From an uncultured Desulfobacteraceae bacterium (GTDB taxonomy: Bacteria; Desulfobacterota; DSM-4660; Desulfatiglandales; HGW-15): a stretch of DNA of 64,000 nucleotides. Shown in pieces: positions 1-8,106 of this stretch (position 1 is the stretch's first letter; each line of letters opens with the position of its first letter). Location: the NCBI GenBank assembly GCA_964644375.1, contig CAZXWJ010000001.1, positions 2,124-66,123 of the forward strand, read 5' to 3'. Both the position numbers and the translations under genes were made by a program. Under the pieces are notes generated by a model. It searched no databases. It was not told where the DNA came from and was given only the letters and a program-made list of their open reading frames with translations.

Positions 1-249
1 GTGGCGCTGCCTTTTGTCAGCCTTATACTCGTTTTTGCCGGGATACCGATCGCCATTGGAATGAAAAGGGGAGGAACGCCCATGGCGGTATCCGTCGGTA
101 TGGGAATCTGTTTCGCCTACCTTCTTGTCCTTGGGTTTTCAAGGTCGCTCGGACTCTCGGGTACGCTGCCCCCTTTTTTGTCGGCCTGGATCGCCACCTT
201 TATTTTTTTGCTGCTCGGCATCTATCTCATGATGCAAGTCGAGAAATAG
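1..249 (+). CDS. LptF/LptG (YjgP/YjgQ) family permease, C-terminal fragment (5' end outside window)
   Basis: Frame is open from base 1 to TAG at 247-249. The 82 aa form two hydrophobic helices in a pattern typical of the C-terminus of LPS-export permeases. Only a fragment, so tentative. Confidence 0.55.
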   Translation: MALPFVSLILVFAGIPIAIGMKRGGTPMAVSVGMGICFAYLLVLGFSRSLGLSGTLPPFLSAWIATFIFLLLGIYLMMQVEK

Positions 250-250
250 T

Positions 251-1516
251 ATGATGCACCATTCTGTTGAGACCATGAATCCCATTAAAATACTTCAAAT
301 TATCGCCCGGCTCAATATCGGCGGGCCGGCAAAATATGCCATATCCCTGAGCGATCATTTTTCCCATGATCCCTACCAAACGCTTCTCGTTAGCGGCAAC
401 GTGAGTGCCCGTGAGGGGGATATGGGTTATCTTGCTGAAGAAAAAGGCATAACCCCTTATATCCTGCCGGGTTTGGGACGAGAGATCTCTCCCTTCAAAG
501 ATATTGGGTCATTGCGAACCCTGAGGCGAATCATCAAGGCATATAACCCTCAGATTATCCACACGCACACGGCTAAAGCCGGGACACTCGGGCGGTTGGC
601 GGGAATGAGTTTGAATATCTTTCGAGCGCGGGAAAAGAGAATAAGGCTTGTCCATACCTTTCATGGACATGTGTTTCACAGTTATTTCGGTTTCCTGAAA
701 ACCCATATTTTTATTTGGATAGAAAAATTTCTGGCGAGATTTACAGATAAAATTATCGTTATCAGCCCGCTTCAGAGACAGGATATCTGCTCGCGTTTTA
801 AAATATGCGACCCGGACAGGGTTGCGACTATTCCTCTGGGATTTAATCTTTCCCATCTCGGAGATCTTGAAAATGAAAGACCCGAGTTCAGAAACATGCT
901 CTTCCCCGGGGATCCACCCGATGCCTTCTGGGTGGGGATTGTGGGCAGGCTCACTGCCGTGAAGAACCACCGTATGTTTTTAGATACAGCCAGGATCCTG
1001 AAAGACAGGATAAAGGATCGGCCGGTCAGATTTTTTGTCGTTGGTGACGGGGAACTCATGGACGAACTCGTAACCTATTCCAAAGGAGCAGGGCTCGAGG
1101 ATTCCGTAGTTTTTACCGGTTGGCAAAGGGACACGCGTCGTATCTACGGGGCGATGGACGCCTTTGTTCTGACCTCTCTCAATGAGGGGACGCCCGTGAC
1201 GTTGATAGAGGCCATGGCGGCCGGGAAACCTGTCGCGGCCACAGAGGTGGGGGGGATCCCGGACCTTTTTGGAAGAGTTCGCATGTTTACTGGGGATGGC
1301 TATAAGTTGGCCAGGCACGGTATTCTGGTCCCTTCCGAAAAGAGCGATGCCCTGGCAAAGGGTTTGTTGTTCCTGATGGAAAACCGGGAGACCCGCAAAC
1401 AGTTGAGTGCAGAGGCCAGGCGATTTGTCTTGAGCCGTTATGGGAAGGAAAGGGTCGAAAAAGATATGGAATCGCTATATCATAACCTTCTCAACTCCAA
1501 CTTTTCGAGATCGTGA
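251..1516 (+). CDS. Glycosyltransferase family 4 (GT-B fold)
   Basis: 421-aa ORF. The C-terminal half carries the GT4 signature block EGTPVTLIEAMAAGKPVAATEVGGIPD (E-x7-E type) and GRLTAVKNHRMFLD. Confidence 0.8.
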   Translation: MMHHSVETMNPIKILQIIARLNIGGPAKYAISLSDHFSHDPYQTLLVSGNVSAREGDMGYLAEEKGITPYILPGLGREISPFKDIGSLRTLRRIIKAYNPQIIHTHTAKAGTLGRLAGMSLNIFRAREKRIRLVHTFHGHVFHSYFGFLKTHIFIWIEKFLARFTDKIIVISPLQRQDICSRFKICDPDRVATIPLGFNLSHLGDLENERPEFRNMLFPGDPPDAFWVGIVGRLTAVKNHRMFLDTARILKDRIKDRPVRFFVVGDGELMDELVTYSKGAGLEDSVVFTGWQRDTRRIYGAMDAFVLTSLNEGTPVTLIEAMAAGKPVAATEVGGIPDLFGRVRMFTGDGYKLARHGILVPSEKSDALAKGLLFLMENRETRKQLSAEARRFVLSRYGKERVEKDMESLYHNLLNSNFSRS

Positions 1517-3360
1517 ATATCCTTAATCTATACTATTATCTGGGTTTATTTACCGGAGGTTTCCTGCTCTCCCTGTGCTTGACTCCAATGGTCCGCAGGC
1601 TGGCGATAGCAACTGGCCGGGTGTCTGTTCCAAAGAAAACCCGCTGGCACAAAAAAGAAACGGCCCTCATGGGAGGCGTAGCCATTTTTGCCTCCACCAT
1701 GATGCCTTGGGTGCTTGCTGTGATGATTTTGGGGTGGACTTCTCTTGGGAAACCCATGCTCCCTCTCGTCCTGTGCGCATCAGGCATGTTCATCCTGGGG
1801 TTGGTCGACGATATGGTCAATATGGCGCCACAGCACAAACTGGCCGCCCAGATCGTGCTTACCTCCGTGCTGATGTTTTTCGGATTCAAGCTGGATTGGA
1901 CCGTTTACAGGACCCTCAATCTTTTTATCTCCTTTTTCTGGATTGTGGGAATCACCAACGCCTTTAACCTGCTGGATAATATGGACGGACTTTCAGCTGG
2001 TGTGGCCCTCATTGCCGGCACCTTCCTTTTTTTAACCCATTACCTTCATCCCGTTAGTCCCCTTGCCGGACCCGTGCTCCTGCTCACCGCCGTCTATTTG
2101 GGCTCAATGATGGGGTTTTTGGTCTATAATTTCAATCCTGCCTCCATTTTCATGGGTGATGCCGGGAGCCTTTTCATCGGGTTTGGGATGGCCAGCCTGA
2201 CGTTGATCGGCAACGGAGAGATTTTTGTCGGTGGAAGCACGGGGCATCTCTTATCGGTTATTGCCATTCCCATCCTGATCCTGTTCATCCCCATCTTGGA
2301 TACAGGCTTTGTGAGCGTCATGAGAAGGCTCTTCAGACGCCCCATATCCCAGGGAGGACGAGACCATTCCTCACATCGCATGGTGGCGATCGGGTTCTCG
2401 GAAAAAAGAGCGGTCCTTGTGCTTTATGCCTTTTCTGTCGCTTCGGGATTGATCGCACTTGCCATCGATTATTTCAGCATAGGGGCCACACTGGTCTTTA
2501 TTTCACTCTACCTTCTTTTCGTTATTTTTTTTTGGATCTATTTGGCAAAGGTCAAGGTTTACGAAGAAAAACCCATTTTCTCGGAAGGCGGCCAAGGTGG
2601 CATTACGCCTGTTCTTGTTCAGATTACCTACAGGCGAAGGCTCTTGGAGGTCCTCCTGGACATGGTCCTGGTATGCATGGCCTACTATATCGCCTATCTG
2701 TTGCGGTTCGAAGGTCCGGTCTATTACCTTATCGGGGTTGACTTCGAGATATTCATGAAATCGGTATCTATTGTCGTGGGTTGCCAGATTTTGTGTTTTT
2801 ATGTCCTGGGGGTCTACCGGGGGATCTGGGAAAGTACGAGCCTGAGCGATTTGATTGACTATATCAAGGCCATAACCGCCGGCACGGTTCTTTCTGTTCT
2901 GGTTTTGCTCGGTGTTTTTCGATTCCAGGGATTTTCCAGGATCGTATTCGTCCTTTACTGGATGCTGATGCTCCTGCTGGTGTCCCTGTCCCGTCTCTCC
3001 TTTAGATTGGTTGATGAAGGAGTCAAAAAGGGAAAACAAAAGGGGAAATCCGCCCTGATCTACGGTGCCGGCGTCGGTGGGCAAATGGTCGTCAAGGAGA
3101 TCGAAAATAACCGGAACCTCGAGTTGGTTCTTGTGGGGTTTATCGACGATAATCCCAGGAAGTACAAGCGTAAAATCATGGGTTATCCCGTTCTGGGCGT
3201 GAGAGAAGATTTCGAGTCCATTATAAGGAGGCATAACATACAAGAAATCATTGTCTCTTTCAGCCAGGATGGTGCCAAGCGAAAGAAAGAGATCAAAGAT
3301 TTGTGCCAAAAGATGGATGTCGAGGTGCAAGTCAAACAAATGAGGATGGTTCTGGGATAG
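1513..3360 (+). CDS. MraY/WecA-family polyprenyl-phosphate HexNAc-1-phosphate transferase with C-terminal TM + Rossmann-like extension
   Basis: Motifs NAFNLLDNMDGLSAG and FMGDAGSLFIGF in residues 1-330. Residues about 340-615 add TM helices and a module ALIYGAGVGGQMVVKEI...LVGFIDDNP...GYPVLG. GTGA start/stop overlap with the upstream GT4 gene. Confidence 0.8.
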   Translation: MNILNLYYYLGLFTGGFLLSLCLTPMVRRLAIATGRVSVPKKTRWHKKETALMGGVAIFASTMMPWVLAVMILGWTSLGKPMLPLVLCASGMFILGLVDDMVNMAPQHKLAAQIVLTSVLMFFGFKLDWTVYRTLNLFISFFWIVGITNAFNLLDNMDGLSAGVALIAGTFLFLTHYLHPVSPLAGPVLLLTAVYLGSMMGFLVYNFNPASIFMGDAGSLFIGFGMASLTLIGNGEIFVGGSTGHLLSVIAIPILILFIPILDTGFVSVMRRLFRRPISQGGRDHSSHRMVAIGFSEKRAVLVLYAFSVASGLIALAIDYFSIGATLVFISLYLLFVIFFWIYLAKVKVYEEKPIFSEGGQGGITPVLVQITYRRRLLEVLLDMVLVCMAYYIAYLLRFEGPVYYLIGVDFEIFMKSVSIVVGCQILCFYVLGVYRGIWESTSLSDLIDYIKAITAGTVLSVLVLLGVFRFQGFSRIVFVLYWMLMLLLVSLSRLSFRLVDEGVKKGKQKGKSALIYGAGVGGQMVVKEIENNRNLELVLVGFIDDNPRKYKRKIMGYPVLGVREDFESIIRRHNIQEIIVSFSQDGAKRKKEIKDLCQKMDVEVQVKQMRMVLG

Positions 3361-3469
3361 AATAGAAACGCAAAGATGCGGATTCGGTATTTCAGGGGGT
3401 GGCCCCTGCATGGAAATTTTGGAAAAAAGGGGTGAAGAATCACCCTTTTTTTTATTTTCTGAAGAGAGA

Positions 3470-4063
3470 TTATTGGAAGGTGAACCCTTCCGGTAAATCG
3501 TTTTCAGGCGTCCCCTCGGGAACCCACGAGAGATCGGTTATGGTGTAAGTCGGGCTGAGGGTTCTGAAAATGGGAATGACCCGCATTCCGATTCGAGGAT
3601 CACCGGCAGACAGGTAACTCATCAGGATCGTATCGACACCGTCGAACTCGACATTGATAAACTTGATGGGTTTGTCCAGGGTGTTGAAGGCCCCGGATCT
3701 CTCACAGACCATGAAGGTGTGAACTCTGGCTGTCGTCTTGCATGTATCCGTGAGATCGATGACACTATTTTTAAAAAGGCAGTCCGGGCAGTGAATGCGG
3801 AAGGGCAGGTAAACGGTTCCCTTGAAATCGCAATCGGGATTGTCGCATTTTGTGCCGAATATTTTCCCCCGGCCGATATTCTCAAAAAAGACCGATTCCC
3901 CTCCATAGGCATGGATATAGATCATTTCCCTGGGGTTGGTCACACCCATCAGTTTCCACTTCCCGGTTTCGTTTCTGATGGGCATGTTGGGCGTAATATG
4001 ATGAAAATCTCCCCTGATTTTGTACTGGCCGTCTTTTACGCGTACCGTTCCGAATAGGCTCAT
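3470..4063 (-). CDS. DUF35-type Zn-ribbon / OB-fold protein (BbsA / ChsH2-DUF35-like)
   Basis: Four-Cys ribbon CDNPDC...CPDC followed by an OB-fold-like segment (ARVHTFMV...INVEFDGVDTILMSYL...IGMRVIPIF). Strong SD GGAGGAGG upstream of ATG 4063. Sits 17 nt downstream of the thiolase-like gene. Confidence 0.75.
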   Translation of the reverse strand: MSLFGTVRVKDGQYKIRGDFHHITPNMPIRNETGKWKLMGVTNPREMIYIHAYGGESVFFENIGRGKIFGTKCDNPDCDFKGTVYLPFRIHCPDCLFKNSVIDLTDTCKTTARVHTFMVCERSGAFNTLDKPIKFINVEFDGVDTILMSYLSAGDPRIGMRVIPIFRTLSPTYTITDLSWVPEGTPENDLPEGFTFQ

Positions 4064-4080
4064 GATAGTTCCTCCTCCCC

Positions 4081-5517
4081 TTAGCTATCCTGGTTCAATA
4101 GGTGGTCCGGATCCATGAGGATCGTGGCGGTGACATGGGACCCCACACCTGCATGGCTGATCGCCAGGCCCCGTTTGGCACCCTTCACCTGGAGATCCTT
4201 CCAGTCCTCGGGTTTTTCCCTGTTGAAGGCCTTCCAGCGGTCGGGATCACCGTGGATTTCACCCCAACGGTTCCAGATATGGGTGGCGATCTCAAAGGCC
4301 TGCATGATGCCGGTTGCTCCCACCGCGTGCATACACCCGATGAGACCCCCTGAAAGGTTTGAAGGCAGTCTTCCCGGTTGCCCATCGTGCGGGTTGGTAT
4401 GGTAGCAGTCGCCGGATTCGACATAGTCCCGGCCTTCCCCGTAGGGCCTGAATCCGACATCTTCGTAAGACTGAACATCACTGATGGTGAATGCATCATG
4501 AAGTTCCGCCACATCGAAATCTTCCATGGGATCCGTAATGCCAGCCATTCTGTAACCGTAATAGGTACACATCCTCGCGGCCAAGAAACCGGTGAATCCC
4601 GGATAACGATCCCCGCCCGGGAAACGGTCGCCCAAGTCCGCGTATTGTTCCATCGTTTCGTTTGGGAGCAAAGGGATCTCCATATTCCGGCGGCAGGCGA
4701 CGCGCAGGGTGTGGGATCCTGCGGATACCCAGATTCTCAGGGGTTTGTTTTTCGTGTTCTTCGAAAGTTCCATGGCCGTGTCTTCGTCACAAATAATGGC
4801 ACAAGCGGCGCCGACACTCATGAGGCAACAGTCAAGGGCGCGAAGGGGATAGGCCACGATTGGAGAATTCAGTACGTCTTCAACGGTAATCTTCATCGGG
4901 GCTTGTGCAAAGGGGTTGTGTCGTGCGTAGCCGTGGTGCTTTACCGAGATCTCGGCCAGGGTGCGGCGAAAAGAATCCTCCTCTTTTCCGAATACCTGCC
5001 AATATTTCTGAGCCATGACGGCGTAATACCCTGTATAGATGTGACCGAGGGGAGTCTCCCAATCCTTGTCGGCGGCACATGAGATCAGATGATTCCCCTC
5101 GTCGGTGGGAACCTCGTCCATCCTTTCCCAGCCCATGGCCAGAGTGCAATCCGAATAACCCGATGCGACGGTCTTGACCGCTTCCCAGAGGGTGGAACCC
5201 CCGGTCGCCCCTCCTGTTTTTATTCCGATGTTCCCGAGGGGGTCCAAACCGAGGCGGTCATGAATGACGGCCTCGCCTAAAAGTTGGTCGCCGAAGTGAT
5301 CAGCGAAATGGCCGTAGTATGCCGTATGGATGAAGCTTTTCAGTTCGGCCGGGGTTTTGTCGATGAGCTCTGCGGCCATGGTCAAAGCGTCGATGCACAA
5401 TTCCTCCGTACGTCTTTCAGGAATGGCCCGATCAAATTTGGATTGCCCGGCCGTTACCAGATAGACTGGTCTCATTAATTTTGGTATTTTTAATTGTCTT
5501 TCACTGAACTTGATCAT
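4081..5517 (-). CDS. Thiolase-fold protein (SCP2-thiolase-like) apparently lacking both catalytic cysteines
   Basis: Blocks GATGGSTLWEAVKTVASGYSDCTLAMGWERM, ELHDAF and NLSGGLIGCMHAVGATG match SCP2-type thiolase blocks. ATG 5517 lies 8 nt after GGAG; the ORF-track GTG at 5526 abuts the SD. Confidence 0.75.
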   Translation of the reverse strand: MIKFSERQLKIPKLMRPVYLVTAGQSKFDRAIPERRTEELCIDALTMAAELIDKTPAELKSFIHTAYYGHFADHFGDQLLGEAVIHDRLGLDPLGNIGIKTGGATGGSTLWEAVKTVASGYSDCTLAMGWERMDEVPTDEGNHLISCAADKDWETPLGHIYTGYYAVMAQKYWQVFGKEEDSFRRTLAEISVKHHGYARHNPFAQAPMKITVEDVLNSPIVAYPLRALDCCLMSVGAACAIICDEDTAMELSKNTKNKPLRIWVSAGSHTLRVACRRNMEIPLLPNETMEQYADLGDRFPGGDRYPGFTGFLAARMCTYYGYRMAGITDPMEDFDVAELHDAFTISDVQSYEDVGFRPYGEGRDYVESGDCYHTNPHDGQPGRLPSNLSGGLIGCMHAVGATGIMQAFEIATHIWNRWGEIHGDPDRWKAFNREKPEDWKDLQVKGAKRGLAISHAGVGSHVTATILMDPDHLLNQDS

Positions 5518-5572
5518 ATGGGGCACTCCTTTCTGGTTTTTTTCAGGTTACGGGCAAACGGGTATTGCACCC

Positions 5573-6115
5573 TCATAACGTACCCACCCAGAGGGCCACG
5601 GCGTTTTCCTCGCCGTGATTGGTGATCCGCTGACTTTCAGGGTTGGACCAGAAATGGATGGAATCTCCTTCAGCCATTTCTATGGTCCTGTCGCCGCTGA
5701 CGAGTTCAAGCGTTCCCTTGAGGAGGCACAGGATCTCTTGGCCGTTTCTGACATTTTTGCGTACCGGAATGGATTTGCCTTGTTCAACGATTAGAACGGC
5801 GCTGTCAATGATCGTCCGGTTTTCGGGTGAAAAGAATCGACGGGTCACGAAGCCCGAATGAGGGAAATCCACCTCTTCCCAATCGGCCTTGCGGATCATG
5901 ACAAGTTTTTCCTGCTTTTCCATCACATTTAGAAGATCACCGGTATTTATTCCGATGGCACCGCAGACATTCATAAGGGTGTCTACGGAAGGCGAACTGA
6001 CGTTGTTTTCCACCTGACTGAGAAAACCTTCTGATATGCCAGCCTTTTCCGCCACTATTCTCAGGGTCAGTTTTTTTTCTTTTCGATATTTTCGAATCAG
6101 TGAGCCTAGATTCAT
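5573..6115 (-). CDS. XRE-family HTH transcriptional regulator with C-terminal cupin domain
   Basis: N-terminal HTH_3 pattern (KLTLRIVAEKAGISEGFLSQVENN). C-terminal cupin pattern (GQEILCLLKGTLEL...GDSIHF). Same strand as, and upstream of, the thiolase-like/DUF35 pair. Confidence 0.8.
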   Translation of the reverse strand: MNLGSLIRKYRKEKKLTLRIVAEKAGISEGFLSQVENNVSSPSVDTLMNVCGAIGINTGDLLNVMEKQEKLVMIRKADWEEVDFPHSGFVTRRFFSPENRTIIDSAVLIVEQGKSIPVRKNVRNGQEILCLLKGTLELVSGDRTIEMAEGDSIHFWSNPESQRITNHGEENAVALWVGTL

Positions 6116-6505
6116 GTAGTGTTTTCCTTTTATATGGATATCGGTGTGTTAAAATAGATCAGATTGAATAGCTATGAATGTTATGTATAATTAAATATTT
6201 AGTATTTGTCAAGTTTGTTTGTTTTTTTGGATGCTGATAATTGGAAGCTCTTCAATAGACGGGAGGTTTTTTTATCTTTAAATTAAAAAATAAAATAGCC
6301 CATAAATGAAAACTTATGGTTCTTGGTACCCATTTCTTTTGGTGTATCTCTTCTCCCGATCTGGGGTGAACCCTTTCAATGGAACCGAAAAGACATTGAC
6401 AGGAAATAAGATGTTAATTTATGGTAAAAATTAACCAATGCTAAATACATCTTATGCGGCTCACCTGATCCACTGTACATTAATCCTATAGACGGAGGAG
6501 CGATC

Positions 6506-7657
6506 ATGGATTTCACCCTTTCCATGGAACAGGAGATCCTGAGAAATTCTGTCCGCCATTTTGCCGAAAATGAAATCAAGCCGGTGGCCAGAGAGCTGGA
6601 TGAGAAAGAGGAGTTTTCTTATGAGACCATGAAAAAGATGGCTGCCCTGGGCCTTTTCGGCATGTTTGTGTCGGAGGAGTATGGTGGACAGGGCATGGAC
6701 TATGTGTCCTATATTATCGCCACGGAGGAAATCGCCCGGGTGGATGGGTCCCATGCGGCCACCGTGGCTGCGGGAAATTCTCTCGGGATCGGTCCCCTCT
6801 ATTATTTTGGAAATGAGGAGCAGAAAAAGAAGTACCTGCCCGCTCTTTGTGCCGGAGATGCCCTGTGGGGATTCGGGTTGACCGAACCCAACGCCGGTTC
6901 CGATGCGGGAAATACCCAGACGACTGCCGTTCGGGATGGGGACGAGTGGATGATCAACGGGAGCAAAATCTTCATCACCAACGGGGCGACAAGGATAACC
7001 AAGGGTGTGACGGCCCTCTGCAGAACAGGGAAAAGGAAAGACGGCCGCCCGGAGCTTTCCTGTGTCCTCATAGAATCAGAAAATCCGGGGTTTGAGGCCC
7101 GGGAGATGCACGGCAAGCTAATGTGGCGTGCGTCCAATACCAGTGAACTCTATTTTGACGACTGCCGGGTCCCTGATGAGAATCTTCTGGGCCCAAGGGG
7201 GCACGGTTTCTATCAGATGCTGCAGACTCTGGACGGCGGGCGGCTTTCCATCGGTGCCATGGGGCTGGGAGGGGCACAGGGTTGCTTCGAATTGGCACTG
7301 AAGTACAGTAAAGAGAGGGTGCAATTCGGCAAACCCATCGCCAATTTTCAGGTCAATGCCTTCAAGCTCGCAGATATGGCCCTTGAAATCGAATGCGCTC
7401 GGCTCCTTCTCTATAAGGCCTGTTGGTTGCGGGATAACGACAAGCCTTTTACCAAAGAGGCCGCCATGGCCAAACTGGTCTGTTCCGAAGTTATGTACCG
7501 GTGTGCCAACCATGCCGTGCAACTTCACGGTGGCTACGGCCTGATGAAGGAATATGATGTGGAGCGATTTTACAGAGATCAGAAATTGCTGGAAATAGGG
7601 GAGGGGACCTCCGAGGTTCAGAGAATCGTGATCGCACGCCTTATCGGAGCCCTGTAG
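6506..7657 (+). CDS. Acyl-CoA dehydrogenase (short/medium-chain type)
   Basis: 383 aa with GLTEPNAGSD, a FAD/substrate block and a C-terminal EIGEGTSEVQR motif carrying the catalytic Glu. GGAGGAG SD before ATG 6506. Confidence 0.9.
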   Translation: MDFTLSMEQEILRNSVRHFAENEIKPVARELDEKEEFSYETMKKMAALGLFGMFVSEEYGGQGMDYVSYIIATEEIARVDGSHAATVAAGNSLGIGPLYYFGNEEQKKKYLPALCAGDALWGFGLTEPNAGSDAGNTQTTAVRDGDEWMINGSKIFITNGATRITKGVTALCRTGKRKDGRPELSCVLIESENPGFEAREMHGKLMWRASNTSELYFDDCRVPDENLLGPRGHGFYQMLQTLDGGRLSIGAMGLGGAQGCFELALKYSKERVQFGKPIANFQVNAFKLADMALEIECARLLLYKACWLRDNDKPFTKEAAMAKLVCSEVMYRCANHAVQLHGGYGLMKEYDVERFYRDQKLLEIGEGTSEVQRIVIARLIGAL

Positions 7658-8106
7658 GTCTAAGTCTCAGTTTTCCTCGAAAGACGGTAAGCGTATTCTG
7701 CATCTCCTCAAGCATCTATATCCAGTCTCTCCCGCTTTGACCCTTTCGGCCCCGGCCGTTTGACGCCCCTCATTACCCCAGTCATTTTCGGTAACTCCCT
7801 ATGGGTTTGCCAATTTGAAGGCCTTTTTCAAATAAAAATTTGCTGCCTGGAAATCCATACAAGATCTTCGCCAAGGCCGAGCCCTGGCCTCAAATGGCGG
7901 CGTCGCAATGAAAGGGCTCACTCCGCCGACGATCAAGACCGGACCCGGATGATTTGGCTTGACCAAGTGATTCTCAACAGGTAATTACAACGTGATCAAT
8001 TCTTGTTGGAAGTCATTACAGGGCAACCATAAGCAGGAGACCACTTGCGCAAATAATCGGGACCTGACAGGGGGGCTATTCGGGAACGGAGCTGAATGTA
8101 AACGCC

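Noticed and set aside
7658-8106. Possible gene remnant on the minus strand. One frame encodes ...PVLIVGGVSPFIATPP..., which looks like a Rossmann start. Another frame has an in-frame TGA (HCDAAI-TGA-GQGSALAKILYGFPG).
   Set aside because: Neither frame has a usable start codon or SD, the segments are under 60 aa, the similarity is only impressionistic, and no SECIS-like hairpin was seen. Treated as non-coding or decayed sequence.
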